Source: Chiloscyllium plagiosum (lineage: Eukaryota). From it: a DNA stretch of 64,000 nucleotides. Shown here in pieces: positions 11,925 to 24,700 of this stretch. Each line of letters begins with the position of its first letter. Within the stretch, counting starts at the first letter, position 1. The translations under genes and the position numbers were made by a program. The notes beneath the pieces were generated by a model. That model saw only the letters and a program-made list of their open reading frames with translations, did not search any database and was not told the DNA's origin. The stretch covers positions 67,719,705 through 67,783,704 of the forward strand of contig NC_057719.1 in NCBI RefSeq assembly GCF_004010195.1. The letters run 5' to 3'.

Positions 11925-14143
11925 CAGTCAGAAAGGACAGGTGACAACACTTCCTCCACGACAAGCCTGAACACTGGTGCCCCACAAGGTTGCATACTCA
12001 ACTCCCTATTGTGCTCCTTGTACACAGATGTTTCTGTGGCCAAATTCTATACTAACTCCATTACAATTTTGCTGATAACACCGTTGTTGTATGTTGAATC
12101 TCAAACAACGATTAGACTGAGTACAGAAAGGAGAAAGAGACAGCTTAATGTCATGGTGTAAAGGCAACAGTCTGTCCATCAATGTCAGCAAAATGAAGAA
12201 GCTGGGCACTGACTTCAGGAAGCATAGTAGTGGGCACGCCCTTGGCTGCATCAATGGTGCTGAGGGGGAGGTGGTCAAGATCATTAAGTTCCTGGGAGTG
12301 ACAATTACCAACAATCTGTCCTCATCCACCCATGTTGACACTACGCTCAAGAAAGCACAGCAATACCTCTACTTCCTCAAGATTTGATTTGATTTGATTT
12401 ATTGAGGTCACATGTACCGAAGTTAGCGAAAAGCTTTGTTTGCAAGCAGTACATGCAGATCATAGCAAACAAGGACATACAGATCACAGGGTGCTTAGAC
12501 AGAGCGAGGCATACAGGTTACACTGCACAGGAGGTGCACAAATCAACATCAGCAAGATCAACATTATTTGAAGTTAGAGAGGTCCATTCTGCCAGTCTAA
12601 TAACGGCAGGGAAGAAGCTATTCTTGAACCTGTTAATACATGCGTTCAAGCTTCAATATCTTCTGTCTGAAGGAATAAGTTGGAAGAGAGCATTGCCCAG
12701 GTAAGAGGGATATTTGATGATGTTGACAGTCTTTCCATGGCGGTGAGAAGTGTAAATGGAGTCCATGGATGAGAGTTGGCTTCCATGATGGTCTGGGCTG
12801 TGCACACAACTGTCTGTAGTTTATTTTTCTGCTTCTGAGCAGAGCAGTTGCTATACCAGGACGTTGTGCACCTGGATAGAATGCTTCCTATGGTGCATTT
12901 GTAAAAATTGGTGAGGGTCCTGATGGACATGCTGAAATTCTGAAACCGCCTGAGGAAGATGAGGCATTGTTATGCCTTCTTGACCGTCACATCTACGTGG
13001 AAAGTCCAGGATGGATTGTTGGCTGTTGTTACTCCTAGGAACTTCGTGCTCTTGACCCTCTCCACCTCAACTCCAATGATGTAGATATGGGCATGTCCTT
13101 CTTCTTTGTTTCAGAAGTCAATAATCGGTTCTTTAGTTTTACCAATATTGAGAAAGAGATTGTTATAATTGCTCCATGACACCAAGAACTCAATCTCCTT
13201 TCTGTATTCTGACTCATCATTGTTTGCTATCTGGCCTACCACTGTGGTGTCATCAACAAACTTGGGGATGGCATTCATACGGAATTTGGCTACACAGTTG
13301 TGGGTGTACAGGCAATATAGTAGGGGGCTGAGAACGCATTCTTTCAGAGTGCCAGTGTTGAGGATTATTGTGAAGGAAGTGCAGTCGTCAATCTTCATTG
13401 ATTGCGATCTGAGGGTCAGGAAGCTGAGAATCCATTTGCAGGGGGAGGAGCCAAGATCCAGGTCTCAGAGTTTTAAGATCAGTCTGGAGGGAATTATGGC
13501 AGAACTGTAGTAGATGAGTAAGAGCTTGACTTAGACTTTCTTGTTATCCAGATGTTCCGGGGATAAGTGCAGGGCAAGGGAAATGGCTTCGCCATGGACC
13601 TGTTTTGCCACAGGCTAAGGAAATTCGCATGTCCATAAAATCTCTTACAAATTTTTATGGATGCACCCTAGAAAGAATTCTATATGGATGCATCAGAGAA
13701 TGGTATAGCAACTCTTCTTCCTAAGCCTGTAAGAAACTACAAAGAGTTGTAAACACAGCCTAGTCCATCACACAAACCAGCCTCTCATCCATGGACGTCG
13801 TTTATACTTCCTGTTGCATTGGGAAAGCAATCAACGTAATCAAAGACCTCTCCCATCCTGGGTTATACTCCCTTCCACCCTCTTCTGTTGGGCAGAAGAT
13901 ATAAAAGTTTGAATACCCATACAAACAGATTTAAGAACAGCTTCTTCCCTGCTGTTATCAGATTTTTGATTGGTCCTTTTTAATGTTAATATTGTTCTCT
14001 CTTTGCATCTTTTCAGCAGCTGTAACATTGCATGCTGCACTCTGTTCTGATAAATGGGTATAGTATGATCGGCCTTTAAAGAACATAGGATGACATTTTT
14101 CACTTTACCTCAGTACATGAGACAGTAATAAATCAAATCAAAT
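11925..14143 (+). mobile_element. Rex1/Babar-like LINE, 5'-truncated (pieces 11925-12380 and 13612-14143)
   Basis: LNTGAPQGC and WCKGNSLSINVSKMK...KFLGVTITNNL...KKAQQYLYFL, resuming as AGGCTAAGGAAATTC (RLRKF). Tail AATAAATCAAATCAAAT. Confidence 0.85.
12381..13611 (-). mobile_element. Rex1/Babar-like LINE inserted antisense into a related copy
   Basis: (GATTT)n tail at 12381. Minus ORFs ILNTGTLKECVLSPLLYCLYTHNCVAKF...KFVDDTTVVG and TLTNFYKCTIGSILSRCTTSWY. Confidence 0.9.
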
Positions 14144-15074
14144 ATTTCGACCACCCCACACCAAACCAAATATATTTCGAAACCTTATCCAGATTGACTT
14201 AATTTCCAATATTCTCCTGGTTGTCTTGTGTTTTTCAACCACCAAAAACTTTACCTATTCATAGATATTTTCCTGCCAGTATCCTATCCTGCACAGCATC
14301 ACACTTACCCATTGTCCCTGTCTTCATTGGATCATTGCGCCCAACATTTTAATTTTACTTTAAGATCTGAATTCTAAATCTTAAATGTAATATTTTCATT
14401 TCTAAGTTGGAATCCATTCACAGCATTATCCATCTAGGGTTCTGCCGCTCTTTATCTGTGCAATGTTTCTTAGTATGACAACCTCTTTGTCCCTGACTCT
14501 CTCCTGACCACCTCAGTTCTTGTTTGACCTTAGATAGCTGTGCCTTCAGTCACCTTGGATAAACTGTCCAGAATTTCTTCTCAAAACAATCCACCTACTC
14601 CTCCTTATTTAAAGCCACTCTTAAATCCAATTAGTCATTCCTCTCAATATCTTATTCCATACACCTCTGGGAAATACATTGAGATGTTGTAGGCAATATG
14701 TAAATGCAAGTTGTTGTTAAATATAGTAGAAACAGTTGATATTGCCTAGTTTCTCTGTTGGACAGAAGACTAAAAATTCCTCAGGCATCCTTTTATGATT
14801 ACACTTTGAATATTTGAATCAATGCTATGATGCAATAACAATACTTTATTATTCATTTTACAATACACAAAATGATGTGTTCAATATGCAGCCTCAATGA
14901 ATATCTATTAAAACATATTGGTTGAGAAATGAGGAGGAGAGAGACGGCATGCCCAGAAACATTTTCAGGCAGACCTCCATTTTGCTCCAGGAACTCCTGG
15001 CACAATCACCAACTTATATCTTCACATTTACTCACTTCCCCACCTGACCTTCTGAACATGTGTCTGGTTGTTTG

Positions 15075-15218
15075 ATGCCTGTCACCTCAGCTTCAAGACA
15101 TCACAGCAGGAGATGCTCAGAGAATGACGTACATCGTCCGTTGCTTCAATCCTCCCGTCATAAGATCAGAAGTGGAGATGTTTGTTGATGATTTGGACAA
15201 TGTTCAGCACCATTCCTC
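15075..15218 (+). mobile_element. Old CR1/L2-group LINE RT fragment
   Basis: Translation IRSEVEMFVDD; homologous to 10080-10160. Confidence 0.65.
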
Positions 15219-15339
15219 TGTTTCAAGTTTTGTTCCTTTTCTGACAAGTCAATTAGGAACTAGATTAATGCCCTCATTGGGCCGGGCTAGGCTCCTTCAC
15301 TGCTATGCCTACAGTTGAATTTCTATTAAGTGAATTAGA

Positions 15340-15970
15340 GCCAGACCTAGACCATTCAGCCCATTGAACCTGCTCCCCTATTCAATAGGTACACAGCTGA
15401 TCAAAACATCAATGCCGTTTACCCAACCCATCCCTAACCCCATTTATGCCACTCATGATCAGAAATCTATTAATATCTACATTAAACATACTCAATGACT
15501 GAACTCCTGTGGCCCTCTGGGGTGAAGAATTCCAAAACCTCAACACCTTCTGAGTAAAAACTGTCTCCTCATCTCAAGCCAAAGTAACATTCCCCTAATG
15601 TTGATATTATGTCCCCTGGTTCTCGACTCCCTAACTAAACACCTTATCTGCATTTACCTATCTATTCCTTTAAGTAAGTTTAAATGAGATCACCTCTCAT
15701 CCTTCAAAACTCTAGCAAATACAATCCCAGTTACTCAATCGTTCTTTATAAAATAATACCACCATCCTAAGAACCTGTCTGGTAACCTTTGTTGCATTCC
15801 CTCTACATCAAGAATATATGCCTTGAGATAAGGAGATGAAAACTGTGCTCAGTACTCCAGGTGCAGTCTAACTAAACTTCTATACAATTGAAGCAACACT
15901 TCACTATCCATGGTCTCAAATCCAATTGCAATAAAACCTGATATTCCATAGCTTTCTTAATAGATTGCTG
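15340..15970 (-). mobile_element. CR1 LINE 3' fragment
   Basis: Antisense ORF2 C-terminus (AACTGTGCTCAGTACTCCAGGTG = HLEYxAQF) and 3' UTR. Confidence 0.8.
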
Positions 15971-18409
15971 GAAAATACCACATGTCAGGGCTGGTCCTTG
16001 AATGTAGCAGCGGTACATAGTGACAATGCATATACATGGTGGCCTGGATATTTCTGGGTTTTTCTTAGCTTCTCAAATAACACTGGCACATTAACGTGCA
16101 TAGGATAGAATCATTATGGGAACTGCCAGAGTAACAGGTACCACATGCACAATTTTGTTCCTACTATCCATCTAGAATTCATGGAGCAATGTCCCTTTCC
16201 ACTAATTTATGCATTGAACTTATAAGAATCTAATACTCAGTATGAGTTGGAAGCATGTTCTTGCTTCTGGCTGCTTTCCAACAAGAAATTGTGAAACCCC
16301 ACTCAAAATGTGACCTACTTGTATTCATTAAAGGTTGGGAAATGTGATATAAATCTCCCACATGTCTGAAAGGAGCATGTCATGCAAATGCTCAATGCAG
16401 CTGTAACCTTCAAGATCCTGTGTTGGAACTGTTTGTCTTGTTTGGCTGCAGTTTCATTCATAATTTTCTTTCAACATTCATCAGGAACCATCATCATTGG
16501 CTGTCTAGATTGAAGCGTTGGTACAAGGATGAATCTAACAGGCAAATATACTTGCTTTGGTATGTGTTCCCTGATTCTACACCTCCATACACTAGAAAAA
16601 GAGACAGCTGTCTTTAGGAAAATGAGAGATTCAGGGTGATTCCACAGAAATAACTGTATAAATCTAGAATGAGAAAAGACGCAGTACAGTTTCAATGGTT
16701 TACCCTACTCCCATATGTAACTATGTCATTATGGTTTGGAACTATAATATCCTTTGTCTAATAATCATATGCTAGCAAAATGTCTCCTGCTAGATTATAT
16801 GTTTGGATAACTACTGCTGATACACCTATCAACAGAAGGAAATGTTTGGACTGCATTGAAGACAGTAGAAGTATATATGCCTTAGGCTCGCACAGCAGAC
16901 TCTGGGCTCCAGTTATCTTGGATATCCTTACATCTGGCCCAAGCCCATGCAGTAGCTGGTGTGCAATGGCCATCACACATTAACAGAATTTGCACACAGG
17001 CATTTTTCATGAGTGTGACCATAGTTATTCTAGCAATCAATTTAAGATGATCAGTCAAGATTATAATATGGTTCATTTAGGCTTGCTAGAAGCAACATGT
17101 AATCATACACAAGAACCAGTTATCTGCAAATAGAAATAATATGTTCAAGCCATGCATAGTTTTTTGAATTACCTGGGAGTTTGAGAAGCCTATAGTTCAC
17201 TATTGCCATCTCCACAGCAATGCCTGAACCAAGTAGTGATTCTTTCCTTCTTTAATAAAAATGTTCATGATGATTTGAAATTTGTTACTCTTGTGTTTGA
17301 ATACAAGAGAAAAAGACTTCGGCAACACGTTTACCTTTTCAGCAATACTGCACAGTTTTGATATAGAGCTGCCAAAATGTACATCAAGAAAAGCAAACTA
17401 GCTTTAATAAGTAGGAACTAATTAAGGGAAACAAGTCTGCCTTGAAGTCTTTTTTTACAAAATATGATGACTTAACTGAGAAAATGCAGTTCAGGTCTTA
17501 TTATCAGGCACCTTTCTTGTTGATATTGGTTTCCAATAACATTAACAGCCCATGTAATTGAAAACGGCCTGCAACTTTCTGAATTTCAGCTGCATGTTTC
17601 AGGCATTTAGTTGGAGTTAGCAAATCTTTACAGCTTGATTTCCATAGGATTTTCCAAATTGTTCACTGTAACTTTGGCAGAAGATCTGTTGACAGTCTAT
17701 TTTTATTATTCTTTCCAAAGGTCTTCCAGAAATGCTTATAGTAAAAAATTGGGAGAACATGTCTTCCCAATTTGCCTGCATTTAAATGCAATGGTTATAT
17801 ATTTTAGCTTCATAGTCTGGGTGGAATACTGGCTACCCAGGTTAAAATGCTGCTAAGACTTTCCCACTTGCTATGCCAATCTCTCTGCATACGTTCCACA
17901 TGTTGTAAAAGATGCCTGTGTTGGCACCTGGTTCTTTTAGGATCTCCTTTGGGTAGGTATGCTACCACTAACTGTTCCTATAATAAATCTGTGGGATTCA
18001 CGAGTGGTGAAGGAAGAGTCACCATGCAGAACCTGAGGAAAAAGTATTGTATTGTGTACTAACTAAGTTTATGAGTTCTATTAGCTTAAGACTGATTAAT
18101 TATATGATACTTGACACTTGAGATACCAGGCAAATCTAAATTACATAATTTTAATGATAAACATAAGACAAACAGACATACACAACATAATGACCAGCTC
18201 CTCACAGAGACAGTCCTATATAACTCATGTAAATGTTTTATATTAAGCCCTTCAGGCCAACTATCAGATGTAATACCACAATCCCATTTCGATGGTGCAA
18301 TAACAATTCAAATGTCCAATAAACCCCGTGATGTAATTTTCAAGTTTAAATTCAAAATAGGTCAATTGAATACATAATATAACAACATGAACTTGTTGAG
18401 CCATCCTTC

Positions 18410-18865
18410 AAGGATGCTTTGGAGGCAGTTCAGAGGAAATTTACTACTTTGATACTTGGAATGTGTGTATTGTCTTATGGGGATAGACTAGACAAGATGA
18501 GCTTGTTTCCACTGCAGTCAGAAAAAGTGAGGGGAAACTTGGCCGAAGTGCATAAGATCCTAAATGGTCTAGACAAGGTGGGCATGGAAAGGAGTTTTCT
18601 TCTGTGGTCAGTCCAGAACTGAACAGTGCTGTTTTAAAACAAAGGGTTGCCCTTTCAAAACAGAAATGAGGAGAATTTCTTTCTCTCAGAGGCTTGTGCA
18701 ACTTTGGAACCTTCTGCCTCAGAAAGCAGTGGAGGTATGGAAGTTTAATATTTTTAGTGAATTCTTATTATTTGGGGGAGCATGGAATTCAAAACACAAT
18801 CAGATTAGCCATGATCTTATTGAATGCCAAGGGGCTGAATGGTCTACATCTGATCTTATTTCAAT
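18410..18865 (+). mobile_element. CR1 LINE 3' fragment
   Basis: Translations LEAVQRKFTTLI...SYGDRL...RGNLAEVHKILNGLDKV and MRRISFSQRLVQLWNLLPQKAVE. Confidence 0.88.
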
Positions 18866-20076
18866 GTTCATTTACATGCCTACATTCACTTGGACCTTAT
18901 TTATCATGAAATATCCACCATTGTGTGTTTGTGGGTCTGTGCTTCATTTTCCCCCATACTCAACATGCTGCTACTTTTACTCCTTTTCACGAGCCATTCT
19001 CACTTCATCTTGGGTTTGCAGTGGTACATGCCTCAAATGTTCTTTCCCTCTTCTAGTTAAAGGACTTCTAATTAAATATGTTCTTTCTCCATTTGCTTCT
19101 TCCATTGAACCAGGCCAACTCAGCTCATGGTCTGCATTACTTATTCTCATTTTAGATCATGCTGTTTTCTATTACTCAATTTACTCTGAATGTTACAAAT
19201 CGAAATAACTTATTTTTGTTTTGTAATTGACACCTAACCCCAATTTCCTCTCATTGCTGATGCTTTTTAGGATTCCTAATTTTTTCTTATATTTAAATGG
19301 CACTTGTATCAACAAGCCCTTGCTGCCTGTGTTCCAAAGTATATTTTTGCAAAGCCAGTACTTAGTAATGTTGTGAGTGCAAGCATTGAGTTGAAATCCT
19401 GGTTACTGTTATTAGCAAATGAGGTGGGATACTTTTATCATTTCATTCCATGTGGTGGTAAAAGCAGACTATGGTTACGTTTTACATGTTGGATTGAAGC
19501 CTTTAATTATGAGACAAGTAATACCAAAGATAACAGAGAGGTTTGCATTACTTCGACAGAATATTTTACATAAGCTCCCACTTTGGACACAAAATAACAA
19601 ACTAAACCACACTTTTCCAAAGTTACTGACAACAAACCTGTATCTGAATACTTAATTGATTTCTTTTTGGGTTAGTGAGACACTTAGAAGCTCAAATCTT
19701 TACTGGTGTCACTGGTAGTGCTTGACCTGCAACTAGGAAAAACAGAAAGTAATAAACTCTCAAAAGTCAGTGATGGTACCAAACATATAACTAAACTGAA
19801 TTAGGGCTATGATTTCCAATTAAATCTCATTACATCATTGATAATGATTTCATTGCATCATGAAGTTCCTTGCCTATTTTGAGTTTGTCATTAAAATTTC
19901 ATTGAGATAGAAAAGAGGAAAGGGAAATTATTTTTAAGCTACCTTTTAGAATTGCATTTGCTTGGATATCAACAACAGAACTTTGAACATTAACTCATGC
20001 TTGTAGAAGGAATGGCTGAACATCTTACTGAAGTGGGTGGCCCTGTTCACCACAATAAGGCATCCTCTTAGGACTT

Positions 20077-20265
20077 TATGATCAAGATTAGAGTAGCGCA
20101 GGAAAAGCACAGCAGGTCAAGCAGCATCCGAGAAGCATGAAAATGAAGGCCTTTTGCCCGAAACGTCTATTTTCCTGCTCCTCAGATGCTGCTTGACCCG
20201 CTGTGCTTTTCCAGCACTACTCTAATCTTGACTCTAATCTCCAGCATCTGCAGTACTCACTTTCA
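20077..20265 (+). mobile_element. Short Penelope-like (Neptune-type) terminal insertion with inverted arms
   Basis: TSD CCTCTTAGGACTT at 20064-20076 and 20266-20278. Imperfect inverted arms at ~20082-20143 and ~20169-20231. Confidence 0.88.
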
Positions 20266-21296
20266 CCTCTTAGGACTTGATGTCAACTTGATGTCAACAT
20301 GAATTCTCACCAGCATGGCTCTTCAAGCAAACAGTCTTGCACTGAACCTGACTTATTTGGGGCCTGTGTGATCAAACTCAAACTGTCACTACCAGTCAAT
20401 TAAACGTCAATCTGTAAATGTTGGTTAAAGAGAGGTACAACGTGTATCTGCTGCGCAGGCAACTATCTCTTCATCTTCAAAAAACAAGAAGCAAAGAATT
20501 ATTCCACTTGGTGAAACCATCATCATTGGCATCTTCTTTTTATGCAAATGATGGGCATGCATCAAATTAAATGCTTGGGGATGGTTCAGCTTCATATGGT
20601 GCGCTATTGCTGATGACTGAAGAAACCATAGCATGAGAGGCAGGTTCTAGCACAGGTGCTATATGTGAAGTGGTAACCAGGTGTCAGTACGGGTCGCTGC
20701 TTTTGGTCTTGACACTGCTTGCTTGGGAACTCATCATCCTTATATGAGTGGCATTCAAAAGAAGCAGCAGCACAAGAAATGTGAAACAACTAAGAGGGTG
20801 TCCCGCACCATTCCATTCATCAGGATTTCCAGGTTCCTGGCCCTAAAGCAGGGCACCAATTTTCCCTTGTCTGCCATATCCAGAGTAATGTCAGGAACTG
20901 TGCAGGGCAGCGCTGGGCTAACAGTGCTTTTAAAGCTGGCATCAGCCTCAGGGTTGGCAATCCATTCTGGAATATCCCAGCAGTGGTGAGTTGTTCCAGC
21001 TATGACAAGTGGCAGAATGGGGATGGGAAGGGTGCCATTGGGGTGGGATAAATAGTTAATAAGGTGAGTTTGGTAAGATGTGATGAGAGGCCTCATGGAG
21101 AGAAAGCCTACATTACTGCAGGTACAGGAATGAAGCTACATAAGCTACCCTTCCTCAATGCCATTTCATGTCTAAGGAACTGTCATACTTCCCTCAACAC
21201 CCAGAGTAGCATAACATCTCATCATTGTTGAGGAATGACTGCGGCCCACTCCCTGAAATGTAATGAAATGGAACCATTGACCCTAACTACCCTATG

Positions 21297-21741
21297 GAAA
21301 AAGTGAGGGCTGCAGATGCTGGAGATCAGAATCAAGAGTGTGGCTTTGGAAAAGCACTGCAGGTCAGGCAGCATCCGAGGAGCAGAAGAATCAATGTTTC
21401 GGGCATAAGCCCTTCATCAGGAATGAGGCTTGTGGCCCAAGAGGGCAGAGAGATAAATGGAAGGTGAGTGGGGCTGGGGAGGAGGTAGCTGAGAATGCAA
21501 TAGGTAGAGGAAGGTGAGGGAGAAGGTGATAGGTTGGAGAGGAAGGTGGAGTAGATGGATGGAAAAGATGACAGACAGGTCAAGAGTGCAGTGCCGAGTT
21601 GGAGGCTTGGGGCCGTGTATAAGATAAGGGAAGGGAAATGAGGAAACTGGTGAAATTCACATTAATCCCATGGGGTTGCAGGGTTCCAAGGCGGAAGATG
21701 AGGCATTCTTCCTCCAGGCGTCAGGTGGTTATGGTTTGGCG
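21297..21741 (-). mobile_element. Penelope-like (Neptune-type) element 3' end with GIY-YIG C-terminus
   Basis: Minus strand translates RLEEECLIFRLGTLQPHGINVNF, then a pyrimidine-rich UTR and CTGATGAAGGGCTTATGCCCGAAACATT (decayed hammerhead core). This links the short hairpin inserts to a PLE. Confidence 0.88.
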
Positions 21742-24700
21742 AAAAACACTGCTCCCCTTAGACTTGCAGATGTGACCATTTTTTTGAAACACATTTACTA
21801 TGTTTGCCACATAGGCTGCTGGCACATGCTATAGGTATGATATTAACATGGCATGATGCCATAAAGCAATAAATATATCCATCCTATCAACTGATCACTC
21901 TGGCAAATGTAATAAGCTAAGTGGCATTTTACTTGTGTTAAAAGGCAAGACAAGACAGAAATATGGTGAGCCTCTAATTTCTGAATGATGAGGCATTGCA
22001 CAAAATGGCAAGACAAGGAAAGGCAGAGATTCTGTGAGCATCCAAGTAGGTACAGAGTAAGTGGGCATTGAGAGAGCAATCCAACATCCATGCACCCTGC
22101 TCCAATTGATATAATATGTCTCTATCCTATACACAAAGTGGCCTGGCAGTAGCCTTTAATTACAAGGTGTTGATGAGTTCCAAAGTTCAGTATTGAAGTG
22201 GATAACTGCATTCTAAGCGATTCAGAGAAATGCCATGTTGAAATGGTCAGGCTGATGTGTGTTTGATGCCAGTTTCCATGGACAAAGGTTGCAACCAGTC
22301 ACTGGCTAAGGATCATAGCTTGAAACCAAGCTGGTGGCCCAAGGAGCATATGGAAAGTTGGAGCCACTGAGTATCTGCTCTGACTTTCATGATGAGAATT
22401 GTCACTGAATAATGTCTCTTGATCGTGCGGGAGATTAGCAAACTGCATACAAATGAGATGAGAATGGAAGTAATGAAATGTAAATGCATGCAAAGGGTCT
22501 TTGTCACTCACTAGCAAGATTTTTCATTCCATTGTTCAAACCTGGGGTGGAAAATCAGACTTTGCTGTTGTAACCTCAGGAATTTCATTTTTTTGATGTT
22601 GAATATATTCCCACTGACTCACCATTGCCTGTGTCAGTCAAGGGGCTGGAAAACCTCAGCCTAACTTTTCAGGTCGATAATCTTTCATCAGAACAGAAGG
22701 AGCCAGAGATATAATTGAATGAAGAATGTTTATACGAAGAATGTTGATTGAAATAAAAAGGAAGGATGTCCTTTCCTTTCAGAGGAATACAAAAGCAATG
22801 CATCTTATCCAGAATGACTTGCATAATTGGAGTTGAAGACTGACTGTGGGCATTAACCAAAATTTAAAGTGACTATCAATATCTCATGATTTTCCTCAGC
22901 AATTTATCCTGCTGAATGCTACTCTGGCTTACTCTTGTAAATGTGACACCTGGCCAACTTCACTGACTGGAAAAAATTTGTAAAAAGCCATTACTTGCCA
23001 GGAACCCTGCAAATGATTTTGGACTTTATTTGCTGGTATCTGGCTATTTAGATTGTGATGCTTTCTTTGCAGTCAGGGGTTTATTTTACCATCATAATGA
23101 ATCAATTAAATGCAATTTTATAATGAATGAAGCAGAAGGTTGGGGGGGGGGTGCATTTTAACAGTACTCACTGGCCAGGATATAGAAGCTGGCAAGTCTC
23201 CACTGAAAGGAAAAGAAAAGAATAGCCAATACAGTGTAAATCAGATGACCAACGTGCTGCTGTCCACTTCCCTACTCGCAGGGCAGTCAATATTGTTTGG
23301 CAGATGTTTGTAAATTTCTGTTTTCACTAAGAAGAGACTATCATTAACTGATGGCATTTTCTCAAATATTTGCACTTTAAAAAGTTAGAAAATGATATTT
23401 GATGAGATACAGAAAAGAACAAGACATTTCTCCATCCATAAAATTACATGCAGGTGCTTATTTATAATTCGGTGATTATGGAACTATGGAAAATGACCAA
23501 ATAGTCACTGACCAACTTTGTTGGAAATAGATTTGTAGTGATACAGATGGAACTTAAATAAACATCTATCTGTGCACAATTTCAATGCAGTCACTTTTAG
23601 TGTACATGAATTACATGTATTTATAGAAGAGCATGTGTATTTCAGATATATTATCATGCTGACACAAAGAATTCACATTATCATTCAATACAAAAAGTAG
23701 CAGCCAAGGTTGCAATGACATTCATAGGTTGCATATTAAGCTCGGCATATGGATACCATGTCAAACACAATTGTCCATTATAAATAGAACTGTATTGTTA
23801 TTTTCTCTCCTGAGCAGAGTCAGTCAGGGGCATTTCAGCGTTATTTTAATACATTTCCTTCAATATTCTGGAGCTTGTCTGGCACATATGTAAGCATGGT
23901 TGTTATCCTGACACACAGGGAATTGGCAGCAAAGAAATTGAATGGAGGTTAGACACATGTTGGGAGGAAATCTGAAATGGATTTCGAAATGTCTGTTTCT
24001 GAATGGTATATTGTTTTGTAGAAAATCAATTTATGATTGTATAATTATTCAGATAAAATTTTGGAGTATAGTATATAGGCTTACAGACAGAAATTTTGCC
24101 TTATGTGTTGTACTAAATTGTGGGAAAATTATATATGCAGTTAATTAATGAGTTGGTTACACTGCCCAGTTACATACTGATCAAGATGTTGTCCAAGGTT
24201 TACAACTGTCATGATGGTGTTATGTTTTCTACGAGAGCAGGAGCTACACATTGCAACCACAACATGAGCAAGTTGAAAAAACCTGATACAAGCTGGGCAA
24301 GTGTATGCAACAGAACCATAATATGGGTACTTTCTGTTACTCGCACATCATCTAACAATGAACATCCAGAGGCAGTGAAGGTCAATGTGTACATTGTAGT
24401 TGCATGTAATTCAATCCATGCTTCTGTACAATTCAGATACTCCAGTTTTTTTTCAAAATCCATGACTGATGAAAAGGCTTATTTAATTTAATCTATCACA
24501 GAGCTTGAAGCTCCTTTCAAGCTTATTCCTATGCTGTATTAATATAAAGAAAAGTGGACAAATGTTCAATGCGATCACTCGAAAAGATTTAGGCCTAACC
24601 CCACAAACACAACTTCTATTAATCCCTTGTTTAATTTGATTTATAGTTTAGTTCATTATCTTTTTTATATTAGTAATTATTTCTAAAATACAGGAGAGCC

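Larger units (their letters stand above)
11460..14718 (+). mobile_element. Ancient L2-like LINE 3' portion, split by Rex1-like insertions (pieces ~11460-11920 and ~14145-14718)
   Basis: Degenerate L2-like sequence continues across the gap and ends in ATATGTAAATGCAAGTTGTTGTT, a typical L2-type terminus. Confidence 0.6.

Noticed and set aside
18666..19208. 180-aa ORF
   Set aside because: It starts in a CR1 3' fragment and reads through into low-information flank.
24120..24491. Overlapping 123-aa (+) and 84-aa (-) ORFs as a host exon
   Set aside because: No recognisable protein motif and no convincing splice sites. Cannot be fully excluded without RNA-seq or a homology search.
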